A stretch of DNA of 64,000 nucleotides from the NCBI GenBank assembly GCA_964106645.2, contig OZ067039.1. One strand, 5' to 3'. Below the pieces are notes generated by a model. That model was not told the DNA's origin, did not search any database, and was given only the letters and a program-made list of their open reading frames with translations. Source of the stretch: Podarcis pityusensis (taxonomy: Eukaryota). Shown piece after piece: positions 24,568 to 36,515 of this stretch (position 1 is its first letter; the number at the start of each line of letters is the position of its first letter). The position numbers and the translations under genes are program-made.

Positions 24568-25123
24568 AATTCCTTCCAGTAGCACCTTAGAGACCAACTA
24601 AGTTTGTTATTGGTATGAGTTTTTGTGTGCATGCACACTTCTTCAGATACACTGAAACAGAAGTCACCAGACCCTGATATATAGTGAGAGGGTGGGGAGG
24701 GGTATTACTCAGAAGGGTGGTGGGAATGGGTGATTGGCTGATAGGTGTGGTAAACCTGTTGACGACTGTTAACGACTGCAATTGGTCTTACAGAAAAAAG
24801 CAATAGTGAGATGGCTAAAAATAGCTTTATCATGTATAATGAGATAAGAATCCAATGTCTCTGTTCAGACCAGGTCTCTCCATGGTTTTAAGTTTGGTAA
24901 TAAGTTGCAATTCAGCAACTTCTCTTTCCAGTCTATTTCTGAAATTCTTTTGTAATAAGACAGCTACTTTGAGATCTTGTATAGAATGTCCTGGGAGATT
25001 GAAGTGTTCTCCTACTGGTTTCTCTGTCTTGTGATTCCTGATGTCAGAGTTATGTCTATATATCCTTTTGGCGTAGGGTTTGTCCTGTTTGTCCAATATA
25101 GAGAGCTGAAGGGCACTGTTGGC
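24568..25123 (-). mobile_element. Penelope-like retroelement (PLE), 5'-truncated: GIY-YIG endonuclease remnant plus pseudo-LTR
   Basis: QQCPSALYIGQTGQTLRQ (1-nt frameshift) RIYRHNSDIRNHKTEKPVGEHFNLPGHSIQDLKV..LEREVAELQLITKLKT..PGLNRD; the downstream non-coding region has a hammerhead motif and the GTTGGTCTCTAAGGTGCTACTGG end. Confidence 0.93.
24613..24650 (-). ncRNA. Degenerate minimal PLE hammerhead ribozyme
   Basis: GUAU-CUGAAGA-A-GUGUG(CAUG)CACAC-AAAAA-CUC-AUAC; the expected GAAAGCUC reads AAAAACUC, so it is probably inactive. Confidence 0.75.
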
Positions 25124-25827
25124 CCTATATTGGACAATATAGGCATGCACAGAAGTGATATCTGGCGCCATGGACATGCACAGACGTGATTTCCGGTGTC
25201 ATGCTGCAACAGTCCGGCCCACAGACGAGCTCCATGGGAGTGATCCTGCCCATGGCCGGTAAACCTTGTCGACCCCTGGTCTAGTGAATGCTTTGATGTT
25301 TTCAGCCTGGATCTGCTGAGGAAAGCTCTGCCTGAAGTCTTTGTAGCTGTGTTTATGATGGGGGTGCTGGATACTATCCTCTTCCCATTGTCCTCTGTTC
25401 CCCAGAATCTCCCCCCCCCCATACATGCCAGAGTCTGGACTGTAATTATTTCCATCACTTCCTGTGGTGGGGGTGGAGGAACTCTTGCTTTGTGCTGTTC
25501 TAGCCAGAGACAATGCAGTCTTTAAAACTTTTTAGTATCCAGCCCAAAGCAGAGCCTACCTGGCCTCCAAATGAAGGCATGAGCACTGGGCTAATAGTCA
25601 TTTCCATTTGAATGAGGGTGATTATCCCATTGAAAAGCTCTTAAGTGGTGTTAATTGCTAGCATAGGCCACAGGACTTGGCAGAATTAACCATTGACAAA
25701 TGGAAGAAAATCTCTAAAATGTAAGTATTAATCATAGAAAATGCAATCTGTTCAGGTGTGAATCGGGGGACAAGTGACTATGGAGCAGAGCAGCCTTTGA
25801 AGAGCAAAGGACTACCATGTGATTATA

Positions 25828-25836
25828 TAGATAGAT

Positions 25837-25878
<42 letters not shown>
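25828..25878. repeat. Compound (GATA)n(GA)n microsatellite
   Basis: Direct inspection. Confidence 0.95.
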
Positions 25879-26719
25879 TGTTAAATAGGTTGTGCTAGTT
25901 GATTTTTTAAAAGGAAATGCTGTTTCATTTAGTTATGCTGTTGACAATCATCTTTAAGATACAGTACTATGATTGTATCACTTAGCACAGTGTAGATCCA
26001 GAAATATACAGCATGCACGCATTCTGAAGAAGTGGGGAACAGTCCATCTCACAGAGTCTTTTTCAGCCTGACAGAAAGGAAGTTGGTACACTGTTATATG
26101 AAACTTTAATTTTTTTTGTACAAATGCAGAATATGCAGTTACAAGGGCAGATGAATCTCTCCTGCTTTGCAGACATAGGATTAAGTTGCAATGGTGTAGC
26201 TGTGCTGAATCCAGGGTTCTAAGCAACTGCAAGATCCTAAGTAGGCATGCCACAACACAGGTCCACTCCTCCCCATTTTATATGATGCCCAAGACTAGAC
26301 CTCCCTTTGCCAACTGGGTTGCTGTTCTAACCACACTTACTTGGAACTCAGTCTCTCTGAACTGCATGGGGTTTTCTTCAGAGTCAACAAGCATAGGGGC
26401 TGGGTGTGGGACACAGTATAAGTTGCATTAAGAAGAACTCTCCTGGATGAGACTAAAGTCCTTCCTCATCCACAATCCATCTTGCTCTCCCAGTAGCCAG
26501 CCAGATACTCCTGGAAATCCAGCAAGCTGGGCATGAGCATAAAGAATCCTGAAAATGGGTATTTGTCCCTCACAGAGCTACAATTCCCAACACTCTTAAC
26601 CATGCAAAGTTCCTGGGATTCTTTGGGGGAAGTCATGTGCTTTTAAAGTATAGTGTGTACACAGCCCTGGTCAGCTGCTGCCAATTCACATCCCATATGC
26701 ATATATGTGAAGTTAGGAT

Positions 26720-27010
26720 GTTTGGTCCCAATGCGCATCACTTTGCACCTAATTACATCAAATCACATTTGCTATTTTCATGTTCATTCAGTTCACTCAC
26801 TTTGAAGAGACCCTTTTGGAGCCTCTCAGGATCTCCTACTTCCCTAAACAATTTGGTGTCATCTGCAAATTTGAATGGTTCATGGCTCACCCCCAGCTTT
26901 AGATAATTTATGAACAAGTTACAAAGCACAGGTCCATGGGGGACTCCATTTTTTGCACCCCACCATTGTGAAAATAGTCCATTAATTCCAACACTCTTCC
27001 TGCTCTTTGC
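26720..27010 (-). mobile_element. Old CR1 LINE internal RT fragment
   Basis: Reverse complement of AATTTGGTGTCATCTGCAAATTTG encodes KFADDTKL (CR1 RT catalytic motif), preceded by a GPVL..LFINYL-like segment; boundaries approximate. Confidence 0.75.
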
Positions 27011-28309
27011 ATAGTTACCTCTCCTTTTATTCCATGATTGCTAAGCTGCAATATTGTGGCATTAGCTCAGATACAAGGCTGCTGTATCAAACAGTTACAA
27101 ATAAATCTGAAACAGCTTTATGGCAAGCAGTGGTATACTATCCTGACACACTGTAGCCCTATATCACAACTATCAATAAAGCTGTGATAATTCAGCTAGG
27201 AAATATAAGCCATATATACAGCCATATATACAATTACAGTCATAACTGTAATTGTGACTTATTCTTCTTCCATAATTATTAAAAAAATGATTGCTTCAGC
27301 ATCCTCCCTCCAAAATTAGTACACATTTGACAAGCTTTAAAATAAATAAAAATAAATAAATTCTATGAAATGAGAGGGTGGGGGGAGAGAATCCTTTAAA
27401 ATCAATTATGATTTCGCCCTGGATTTCTTGGAAGGTGATAATGTCAAGGCTACATCATGAAGCCACATTGCAACTTCATAGAAAATTACCCTTTCCCTCT
27501 TTAATGTCATTTGATGGCCTTCAACTCCTAAAAGCTCAGGAGGAATTGATGGCTGATTGTGTATGCCTGCCATTGAGTCACTTTCCTGCAGAGCTTCCTG
27601 ACCTCTAAATGGAAGTCACTGACCTTAAGAAGGTGCCATACTCTTCAGATGCGGCTGCTATGTCATTCAAGAGTGTTTTCTGCTCTTTGGTGTCCAAGCA
27701 TAGATCTCTTTCATTCCCTTAAAGGACAGTCAAAGCCACCAGAGGGTGGGGTGGAAGGGGGACTCTTTCCCCTCCTGAATCCTAAATGTATTTACTTTAA
27801 TGTGCGCACACACACACACACACACACACAAACAAACAACTAGCTAGTCAACAAGAGGTTTAGAGTGATCAGAGAATGGCTGCCAGACTTTTCTGGAGGA
27901 GAGCCTTCCTGAGCCAACAAGTAGCTCAGCTGAATGTTACTTGTTCAGATCTATTGATGCTCCTTCTGTAAATGTTTCTAAGGAAAGCTTAGAAATGCAA
28001 TGATAAGTTAAACAAAGGAGTTGTGGTGCCTTTTTGTGAACAGGGGAGGAACCTGTAGGTGCTGCTGGACTCACCCCTACTTTCTGAGGGACAGGTAGGC
28101 GGTGAGTGGCCAAGAACTAAAAGTGCTGACCAGGTTCTCAAGAAATGGATAGTGAAAAGCATTTTTCTTGAGAAACAGGAACTTATTGCTCCCATTTTGA
28201 TTGGCCGAAGGTTGAAAGAAAAGTGCAAGTCTTTCCAAAAGCACTCAATGTGTCTCAAAAGAGACACAGAATGTCCAAGTAGAGTGTCCACAGTTGGTCA
28301 CAGCAGTAC

Positions 28310-28530
28310 TGGAAAGTATGGGAAGGGAGAGGGCTCTTGTGTTCAACTCCTGTTTGTGGGTATCTTACTGGTATCTGGTTGGCCACTGGGAGAACAGGAT
28401 GCTGGACTAGATGAGCCATTGGCCTGATCCAGCAGGCTCCTCTTGTGTTTTTCTCTTCATAGGCACCTGATTGGCTAAGAACAGGATGCTGGGCTAGATA
28501 GGTCTTCATCTGGTAGGCCTCTTCTTATGT
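28310..28530 (+). mobile_element. CR1 3' UTR fragments (two tandem partial ends)
   Basis: GGTATCTGGTTGGCCACTGGGAGAACAGGATGCTGGACTAGATG..GGCCTGATCCAGCAGGCTC, then a second AACAGGATGCTGGGCTAGAT..CTCTTCTTATGTT. Confidence 0.7.
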
Positions 28531-28566
28531 TAACACATGATATAGGTGAGGGTAAGCTGCTGAGTT

Positions 28567-28922
28567 GGGACACGGGTGGCACTGTGGGTAAAACCTCAGC
28601 GCCTAGGACTTGCCGATCGTTAGGTCGGCAGTTCGAATCCCCATGGCGGGGTGCGCTCCCATTGCTCGGTCCCAGCGCCTGCCAACCTAGCAGTTCGAAA
28701 GCACCCCCGGGTGCAAGTAGATAAATAGGGACCGCTTACTAGCGGGAAGGTAAACGGCATTTCCGTGTGCTGCGCTGGCTTGCCAGATGCAGCTTGTCAC
28801 GCTGGCCACATGACCCGGAAGTGTCTTCAGACAGCGTTGGCCCCCGGCCTCTTAAGCGAGATGGGCGTGCAACCCCAGAGTCGGACATGACTGGCCCGTA
28901 CGGGCAGGGGTACCTTTACCTT
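28567..28922 (+). mobile_element. Sauria SINE (Squam1), full length
   Basis: tRNA-like head with GTTCGAATCC B box, CCTGCCAACCTAGCAGTTCGAAAGCA core, Bov-B-like GAGTCGGACATGACT, (ACCTTT)n tail; TSD taagctgctgag at 28553-28564 and 28923-28934. Confidence 0.95.
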
Positions 28923-29169
28923 TAAGCTGCTGAGAGCCTTGAAGAGAAGAACAAAGAGTTTGTGTCAGATACAAAGGGGAAAGGATCTGAAGAGATTGTT
29001 GATGACTGATGTGGCTGAACAAGCAGACAAATGGGATCATTTTAACAAGAGAGTTGTGGACAGAGATAAGGGGCTAAGGAAAGGGCATGGAAAGAGGATG
29101 AGACAGTCAACTGAGAAATAGTTCCTGGGAGGTGGAGACACTGCAGAAACCTGCAGAATATCAGCTATA

Positions 29170-29558
29170 AGGTTTTTGAAAAAGTAAAGGTAAAGGACCC
29201 CTGGGTGGTTAAGTCCAATCAAAGGCGACTATGGGGTTGCGGCGCTCATCTCATTTTCAGGCTGAGGGAGTTGGTGTTTGTTCTCAGACAGCTTTCTGGG
29301 TCATGTGGCCAGCATGACTGAACCGCTTCTGGCACAACGGGACACCGTGACAGAAACCAGAGCACATGGAAATGTCATTTACCTTCTTGCTGCAGCGGTA
29401 CCTATTTATCTACTTGCACTGGTGTGCTTTTGAACTGCTAGGTTGGCAGAAGCTGGGACAGAGTAACAGGAGCTCACCCTGGGGATTTGAACCGCCAACC
29501 TTCTGATCAGCAAGCCCAAGAGGCTCAGTGGTTTAGACCATAGTGCCACCCGCATCCC
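29170..29558 (-). mobile_element. Sauria SINE (Squam1), different subfamily
   Basis: Same core on the minus strand; AAAGGTAAAGG tail; TSD aatatcagctata (29157-29169) / aatatcaactata (29560-29572). Confidence 0.93.
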
Positions 29559-30901
29559 TAATATCAACTATATTCTGTTTTCAAAGTCTACCTTCCATGT
29601 GAACATAAACTTAGGATACTTATTGCTGCCACAAGCCTGCTAGTAACATATTCTGGAAGTCCAAAGTGGTCTCACATCTAGGCATTGATCAGACTGTGGG
29701 CTCAGCCACACTTTCCCTTAAATCCATACCTTTTTGCCACATTTTCAATTTTGTCTGGGGCTGGGTGTTCCCACTTGTGATTTTTGCCCCAGATTTTACT
29801 TGGGGAAAGACCCCTGAAAACCGGTGTTTTCTCATTCATATTTCCTATAATCAACAGTCTGCTCTTTGTGTTGTCTCCACCTTCAGCTCCACCCACCTGT
29901 GGCAGAGAATCAGAAAACCAAATACCGGTAATCAGAAAACTGGATAACCAGACTATCAGAAAGAACCAGGACCATTCCAATGCATATTATTAAAGCCAGA
30001 AAATAAAGCTGTGATTAGAACCACTGCCATCAATCCAAACAAACAAGCAGGAACACACACACACACATTTTGCACATATATTGTTCAGTCACAATTTTTA
30101 TGAGTGCTAAACGGGGGGGGGGGGGGGTAAGCACCCTGAAAATCTGGAAGTGCACTTCTTGAAGCTGGGGAGACAACTGGAAAATAAAATCTTTCCGGGG
30201 GACGTAGGGAAAGGAGGAAAGGAGCTGGGAGCAGACCACCCCCAACACAACTTCCAGGAAAACACATGAAATCTCACCCAGAAGACTGGTTGAGACTGGT
30301 TTTTGGACTGGTTCAGAAGAGGAACAAATTATTCTTTGTGTTTTCCACGTGTCGGTGTTTGTTTTAATTGAGCAGTAAACAGCTGGCTTTCCCAGGGAAA
30401 GTGTCAGGAGAAGAAGAATAAACCTCCTGGGCTTGTGATAATCGATTGATACAAAATACTAGAAATCACAGGACAAATGAAACTGTGAATGGACCCTGAG
30501 ATCAGCTTAGCTTTAGGAAGTTGTCTGTATCCTAAGGAGGAGGAATGGAAGATGGATGAACCACTGCACCCTGTGTGAGTGGGATAATTTGAAGGATGAA
30601 GGACAATGAATGGGGTGGCCATATGAGAAGAGGAGAAAATGTGTATGTGGGATAGAAAATGCTAGCTTTAGAACAGCACATGTTAAAAAAGAACTGCCCC
30701 ACTTCCCCCCACCCCAGGTTTTCACTTGACAAAGTGGCTTCCTTGCAAAGCTGGATTCATCATGAAGCTCCTGAAATTCGCTTTTTAATTTGACTAGAAA
30801 GACACAGCAAATCTATGTGCCCATGAGATTCTTATACATGAAAAGCCATTTGGTACCTTGTTCTTCTTAGTAACTCCAATAAAGTGGCCATAACTCCAGT
30901 A

Positions 30902-31143
30902 CAGTGGCACCTCGGGTTACATACGCTTCAGGTTACAGACGCTTCAGGTTACAGACTCCGCTAACCCATAAATATTACCTTGGGTTTAGAACTTTGCTTC
31001 AGGATGAGAACAGAAATCACGCAGCCGTGGCGCAGCGGCAGCAGGAGGCCCCATTAGCTAAAGTGGTGCTTCAGGTTAAGAACAGTTTCAGGTTAAGAAT
31101 GGACCTCTGGAACGAATTAAGTACTTAACCCGAGGTGCCACTG
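30902..31143 (+). mobile_element. Tigger/pogo-like MITE (242 bp), copy 1
   Basis: Perfect 18-bp TIRs CAGTGGCACCTCGGGTTA; TA TSD; internal CTTCAGGTTA repeats. Confidence 0.93.
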
Positions 31144-32037
31144 TACAATGGTCTGACTCAGTCACTCGCGTTCTACAAAGCCTTAGTTCCAAATGTGCAG
31201 TGTTCAAGATTTTCTTTCATTTTTGAAACATTTTCTCAAAAGGAAGCCCCACGTTCAAAGCAGCCCTAGTAGCCAGCCTAATATGGGTGCCTGTACATTG
31301 CCCCTCTTTTCCACACCACCATAAGTTTGTTTGAATAGCCTTGGGGAATTCCTTCCGTTTGCTTGCCTTTCCAAGGAGAACAGCAGGATATGCCTTAGCA
31401 GACTAATAATATTACTTTGCCAAAAACTTTTTAAAAGCAGGATATTGAATTTCTTTTTAATTGCCTACAGACTTCAAGGCACAGTAGACATTGACCTGTT
31501 GGCACTAGGCTTCCATATTTACCTGGTGCCCCTGCAGTTGGTCTGATTTCCATAAAAATTATCTGGTTTTGTGGATGATTGAAACACAGAATAAAATAAA
31601 TAAATAAAAATAAAAATTCTACAAATCAGCCCCACAGTCAAACGCACTCTTCTGAATATTTATTTGGACATATTAAAGACCAGGAGAAATGATCAAACCA
31701 TTAAGCCAGCATTTCAGTACAGTATTTAAGGGGCTTGAGTATTAAAAGAGAGAGCATTTTCTTTATGTAGGTGTGAGGTACCTCAGCTGCACCGTTGAGA
31801 TGGAATGGGATGTGGGCAGTTGTCAGTATCACAATAGAACTGCAAGATGGTCCCATGTGGCTCCATGATTTGTCCCCTAAGCATGTGCATAACTTGTAGC
31901 TTTCCTTTCTTACACATATTGCTGGAGTTTTGTCCACAATTGGTTGCAACCAGTAGTGAACCCATTGGAATTAATGGGCATGATTGACATAGATCTATTA
32001 ATGCCAATAGATCTACGCTAAATGGAACTTAGATATA

Positions 32038-32256
32038 CAGTCGTACCTTGGTTTTTGAACAGCTTAGTTCTCAAACGTTTTGGCTCCCAAACTCCACAAA
32101 CCAGGAAGTGACTGTTCCAGTTTGCAAACTATTTTTGGAAGCCAAATGTCCAACGGCTTCCTGCAGCCAATCAGAAACCACGCTTTGGTTTCCGAATGTT
32201 TTGGAAGTGGAATGGACTTCCAGAACAGATTCTGTTCGACTTTCAAGGTACGACTG
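32038..32256. mobile_element. Tigger/pogo-like MITE, second family (219 bp)
   Basis: 13-bp perfect TIRs CAGTCGTACCTTG / CAAGGTACGACTG; TA TSD. Confidence 0.9.
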
Positions 32257-33824
32257 TACACATTTTGTCTCAATCTTCTGTGATGATGTTGACTACCACT
32301 TTTATTTGCATTCCTGAGCTCAGTTGGATGGTTGTCTTTCTGGGTTGACCAGTGTGGGTGGGTGGGTCAGGGGTTGGCGATGTGGCTTGAGCACAACTGT
32401 GCTGTGAACAGTGAAATATCTCTTACAGAGCAACAGGAGAATCTCATGTGTCTTTCATCTGCAAGGCTGAAGTGCTAGATTCTGTTCCTCTAGTTGCCCT
32501 CAATTCTGCAGTTTGAAATCTTTGCTTTGTGGCATTTCAGCAGTAAGTCAGCAGTCTCAGTGAGCACTCGGATAAAACTAAATCCCAACACGTACTCATA
32601 ATTATATGCACACATATTACTAAGGGGGAGGCAAATTGTGGCATAAATCCAAAGTGTGTGTCAGAATTCCTGAATTTGGAAGCACAGCAATGTATTTTTC
32701 TGTTTATTAATAATATTTTACTCTCACCCCTCATCCTTACATAGACCAGGGCAGTATACATAGGACATGACTGATTCATCACACGAAATTAAAATACAAT
32801 AACACAAAAAAGAAGATAGCAGGTAAAAGATCAACACTTAAATTGCCTAGAAAAATAAAAAAGAGAGATGATCTTGGCAAGGTTATACAGTTGTACAAAA
32901 TTGTATAGAATAATAGAGTTCAACATAAAACAAGATTCAATGGCCACTTAAAATGGCAGCTTTTTGTCCAGTTTTGGGTGTTACCACCCACACCCACAGC
33001 TCACAACCAAAACCCCCAAATTGCAAAAAAATAAGGTTCCATGCTTTATTATTTAAAGCCTCAATTTTCCATTTGTAGTGCTTCCAAATATCTATATAAA
33101 CAGAGGTTTGGACAACACTGACATACCTAAAGATCCCCAAAGTGAATGCTCATAGATGTGACCCAAATGAAATTTTGATAACTAAGCCAGCAAGGTTCAC
33201 AAAATGTTGATTCTAATTGAATGTGCCCAAATCTATACAAATGCCTTATTTCCAAAGTATAAAATACCAGGGTTTTTTTTAAGAACCTTCTTCTCAAAAA
33301 TCCATGGTGAGATGAAATGGAAAAACTGGCAGAGCTTCTCACCACACTCCATTCTTGTTGTTAATCAAGCCTAACTTTAAGCAAAGATTGAAACATTTTT
33401 ATTACAGCTTTTATTTGTGGATCAGGTTCTTGTTTGTGGGCATCTACACACTCCACACTCAGATTTTGGTCAGAAATGGGTATGCCTCAGTAATATGAAA
33501 CTATCCTCTCTCTTGAGCCAACTGAGTAGTACATCTAGAAATCAGGCATGAATTCTGAGCTAGTGAAGTCTAAATACTTTTGGATACAGTAGGAATAAAC
33601 ATCAAACCATATGAGCTCTACCAGGCAAAAACAGCTGAATGCCATTTGCTTTTAATTAGAGCATGTTAAGGAGAACCATTTGTTAGCAGGATATGCCTCG
33701 CTCTATGTGCCCAATGAGCTCTAACCAAGGGTGGATCAGTAGTGAAGCAGCAAATTCAGAAATGCAGTTCCTTCATTACAGTTACAGCACATTCACTCAA
33801 ATACACAATTTTTGTGTATTTATG

Positions 33825-34156
33825 TATAGGCTAAGTAGGCTGAAGCCTAGGGCCTCTAAATCTAGGGGGCCTTGCCAGCCCTCCAGCTCCCCAGCGGGCA
33901 GTCTGCCCTCTCCCAAAATTGCAAACCCAAGACTTCATGCGAGGGGAGGGCAACTTGGGCCCAGCAACTATGACTCTCAGGGCTAGCCAGTGGGGCCCAA
34001 TTTGAAGCAGTGGGGCCCAACTCGAATTCTTTTTTGTAGGGCCCCAATTCACAGCCACAGTCTGCAAAGATTGTCCTGGTGTGGGGGGGCCCCTCAGGAG
34101 CAGCCGGCAGGGCTCAATTTGGCCCAGTTGCTTCAGTTGCCTTGAGGTCAGCCCTG
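33825..34156. mobile_element. Degenerate GC-rich hAT-like MITE(s)
   Basis: GGGCCC-rich interior; ends CAGGGCTAGCC (33978) / GGTCAGCCCTG (34156); TSD not convincing. Confidence 0.45.
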
Positions 34157-35170
34157 ATGAGATTGTGCAGGGGTTGGAATGAGAAGCCCCGCACCTTCTA
34201 GGTGCCTGGTGTCACTATTCAAAATACAGACTCAAGGACTTGTTATGGTAATAAAGGGGGAGCACTTATTGGAAATCAGTTTTGTCACCTTTCTCCCCCC
34301 ACCAAACCCTGGGACGATGAGCCCAGCCACCTTTTATTCACAGTCGCATAAGCACTACACTACCTGCAACATACTTGAGCAAACCTGCTCCTCCTTTCAC
34401 AAATATTTTGTTGCCATTTGCAACTGCAGCTGCCTCTGATGAGGTATCATTTATCTTTTTTTGGGGAAATTACCATCACACGTCATGTGCATTAAAGTTA
34501 CCGAGTCAATTAACCAACTAGAAGGGTTACTGTTAATAGCACCAGTTTTCCTATATCTTGATACTGCTGGATAGTTCTGATGAACTGCAAAAGCATTTCT
34601 AGTTTGCTTTCTGTTGCCACCCTGGAACTTTTCTTTATTAGTGCCACTTGGTTTTGTACGATTCCTTGCAGATGAAGGAAAACAACATTTCTGCTTGTAT
34701 ATGTTGATAATATAATTTTGGTTTCTGAAAACAAACAAGATTGTACAGAAACAAGATTGGGGTCCATCCCTGAATGCTACTTTTCAAGAGTTGGCAACCC
34801 TGCAACAGGCACAGAAGTATGGCAAAACATCTAACACATGATGTAGCAAAACGACCACCTGCATCCTCCCAAAGATATTGCTGGAAGAATGGGAACATAG
34901 TGTTGTGCCTTCATTAGGGTCCATTGCTACATGTTAGATGTGCTTTCTTGAATGTGCCCCCTGCCCCCAGCACATTTGTATTTTGTGGTACCTTTCTTCT
35001 TTCTTTCTTTTTTGTTTTCTTCGAGTCTATCAGACATGCATTGTATCTTCTGCACTGTGAGGAGTTTTCTCAGAAAAAATTGCATGACTGTCCGGGCCAC
35101 GGCTAGCTAGCTCAGCCAAGATACATTATGAGAGGAGATGCCTTCATGCAAGTCATTGTTGAGTTTGAAG

Positions 35171-35186
35171 TGCCCTCTGGTGGTGA
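35171..35186 (-). promoter_or_regulatory. Candidate CTCF binding site
   Basis: Reverse complement TCACCACCAGAGGGCA(C) fits the CTCF core CCASYAGRKGGCRS in non-repetitive sequence. Confidence 0.55.
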
Positions 35187-36155
35187 ATGCTGATATTTCG
35201 ATGAGAAGCAACAATAAGAAGAAGAGGAGGCTGTTTTGTGCTGGTGTCGCTTAATATTGCGGCTCTCCAGAGAATGTTCTGCCTTACTGCTTTAAGTTAG
35301 AAGTGTTTGTAACAAATGTAAAAATTCAAATAGAAAATAAATAGTAAACAAAGGAAACCTTTTAAAAAAGGTTTTGTACTCATTCTAACCTTAGCTATAG
35401 AAACAGCATCTAGTTAAAGCACATGACTTTCCCCAAAGAGTCTTGGAAACTGTAGTCTGTGTTAGGAATTGTAGCTCTGTACTTTGCACTAACATAGAAA
35501 ATATAGTGTGTGTTTTTTCTTTGATGTCAACCACTCAGAATGCTCTGTGCACAGAAGCATGCCAGCACTGCCTTGTTTGGGTCCAATATGGAACAAAAGC
35601 CTTATTGTGAAAAATTGTACTTCTTTAATTTGAAATAATGTGGTTAGGAACAGTGAGCCAGTGATTTTATACCGCAGAAAGAACAGCCATCAGTTTGCAG
35701 TAGGTATAAGTCATATGACTTTGAAGCATGTGTTTGAGCTGGAAAAAGGAAGATACTTTGTTACGTGGCATTAATTGTTCTCGTGGACTAGCTACTTGTG
35801 CTGACCTTACCATTCTCTTGTCTGCCACAAGGACTAATGGGCATCAACCAGGAGTGGACTTTGGTCTTCCCAACTTCAGTGGCGCCCTGAGCAAGGATGA
35901 GCAATTTGCCACCTTTATGCCTCTCACCTTCCATTCTGCTCAATTCACGACTTCATAGTTGCAGCACCCTGTGGAGCCCCCTAGACTTGGTGCCCAGCGT
36001 GGCTGCCCTAATTCCATCAGCCCTGGCAACCGCTTTGTGGCTTTCAGGCTTCATGGGACCAGATTAACTTTCTGAACCGACCTGCCCCCCAATTCTTTTT
36101 TTCTTTTTAAGCCGACTTGTTCTTCTGTCATATGGACAACACTAAAGATCCCTGT

Positions 36156-36515
36156 GAGACGCGGGTGGCGCTGTGGGTTAAACCACAGAGCCTAGGGCTT
36201 GCTGATCAGAAGGTTGGCGGTTTGAATCCCTGCAACGGGGTGAGCTCCCGTTGCTCGGTCCCTGCTCCTGCCAACCTAGCAGTTCGAAAGCACGTCAAAG
36301 TGCAAGTAGATAAACAGGTACCGCTCCAGTGGGGAAGGTAAACGGCATTTCCGTGTGCTGCTCTGGTTCGCCAGAAGTGGCTTAGTCATGCTGGCCACAT
36401 GACCCGGAAGCTGTATGCCGGCTCCCTCGGCCAATAAAGCAAGATGAGCGCCGCAACCCCAGAGTCGGCCATGACCGGACCTAATGGTCAGGGGTCCCTT
36501 TACCTTTATCTTTTT
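36156..36515 (+). mobile_element. Sauria SINE (Squam1), full length
   Basis: CpG-rich head, core and tail intact; perfect 13-bp TSD taaagatccctgt at 36143-36155 and 36516-36528. Confidence 0.96.

Noticed and set aside
30902-31143. Regularly recurring CTTCAGGTTA units suggesting a CRISPR-like array
   Set aside because: Subterminal repeats internal to a eukaryotic MITE; no spacer structure or cas genes
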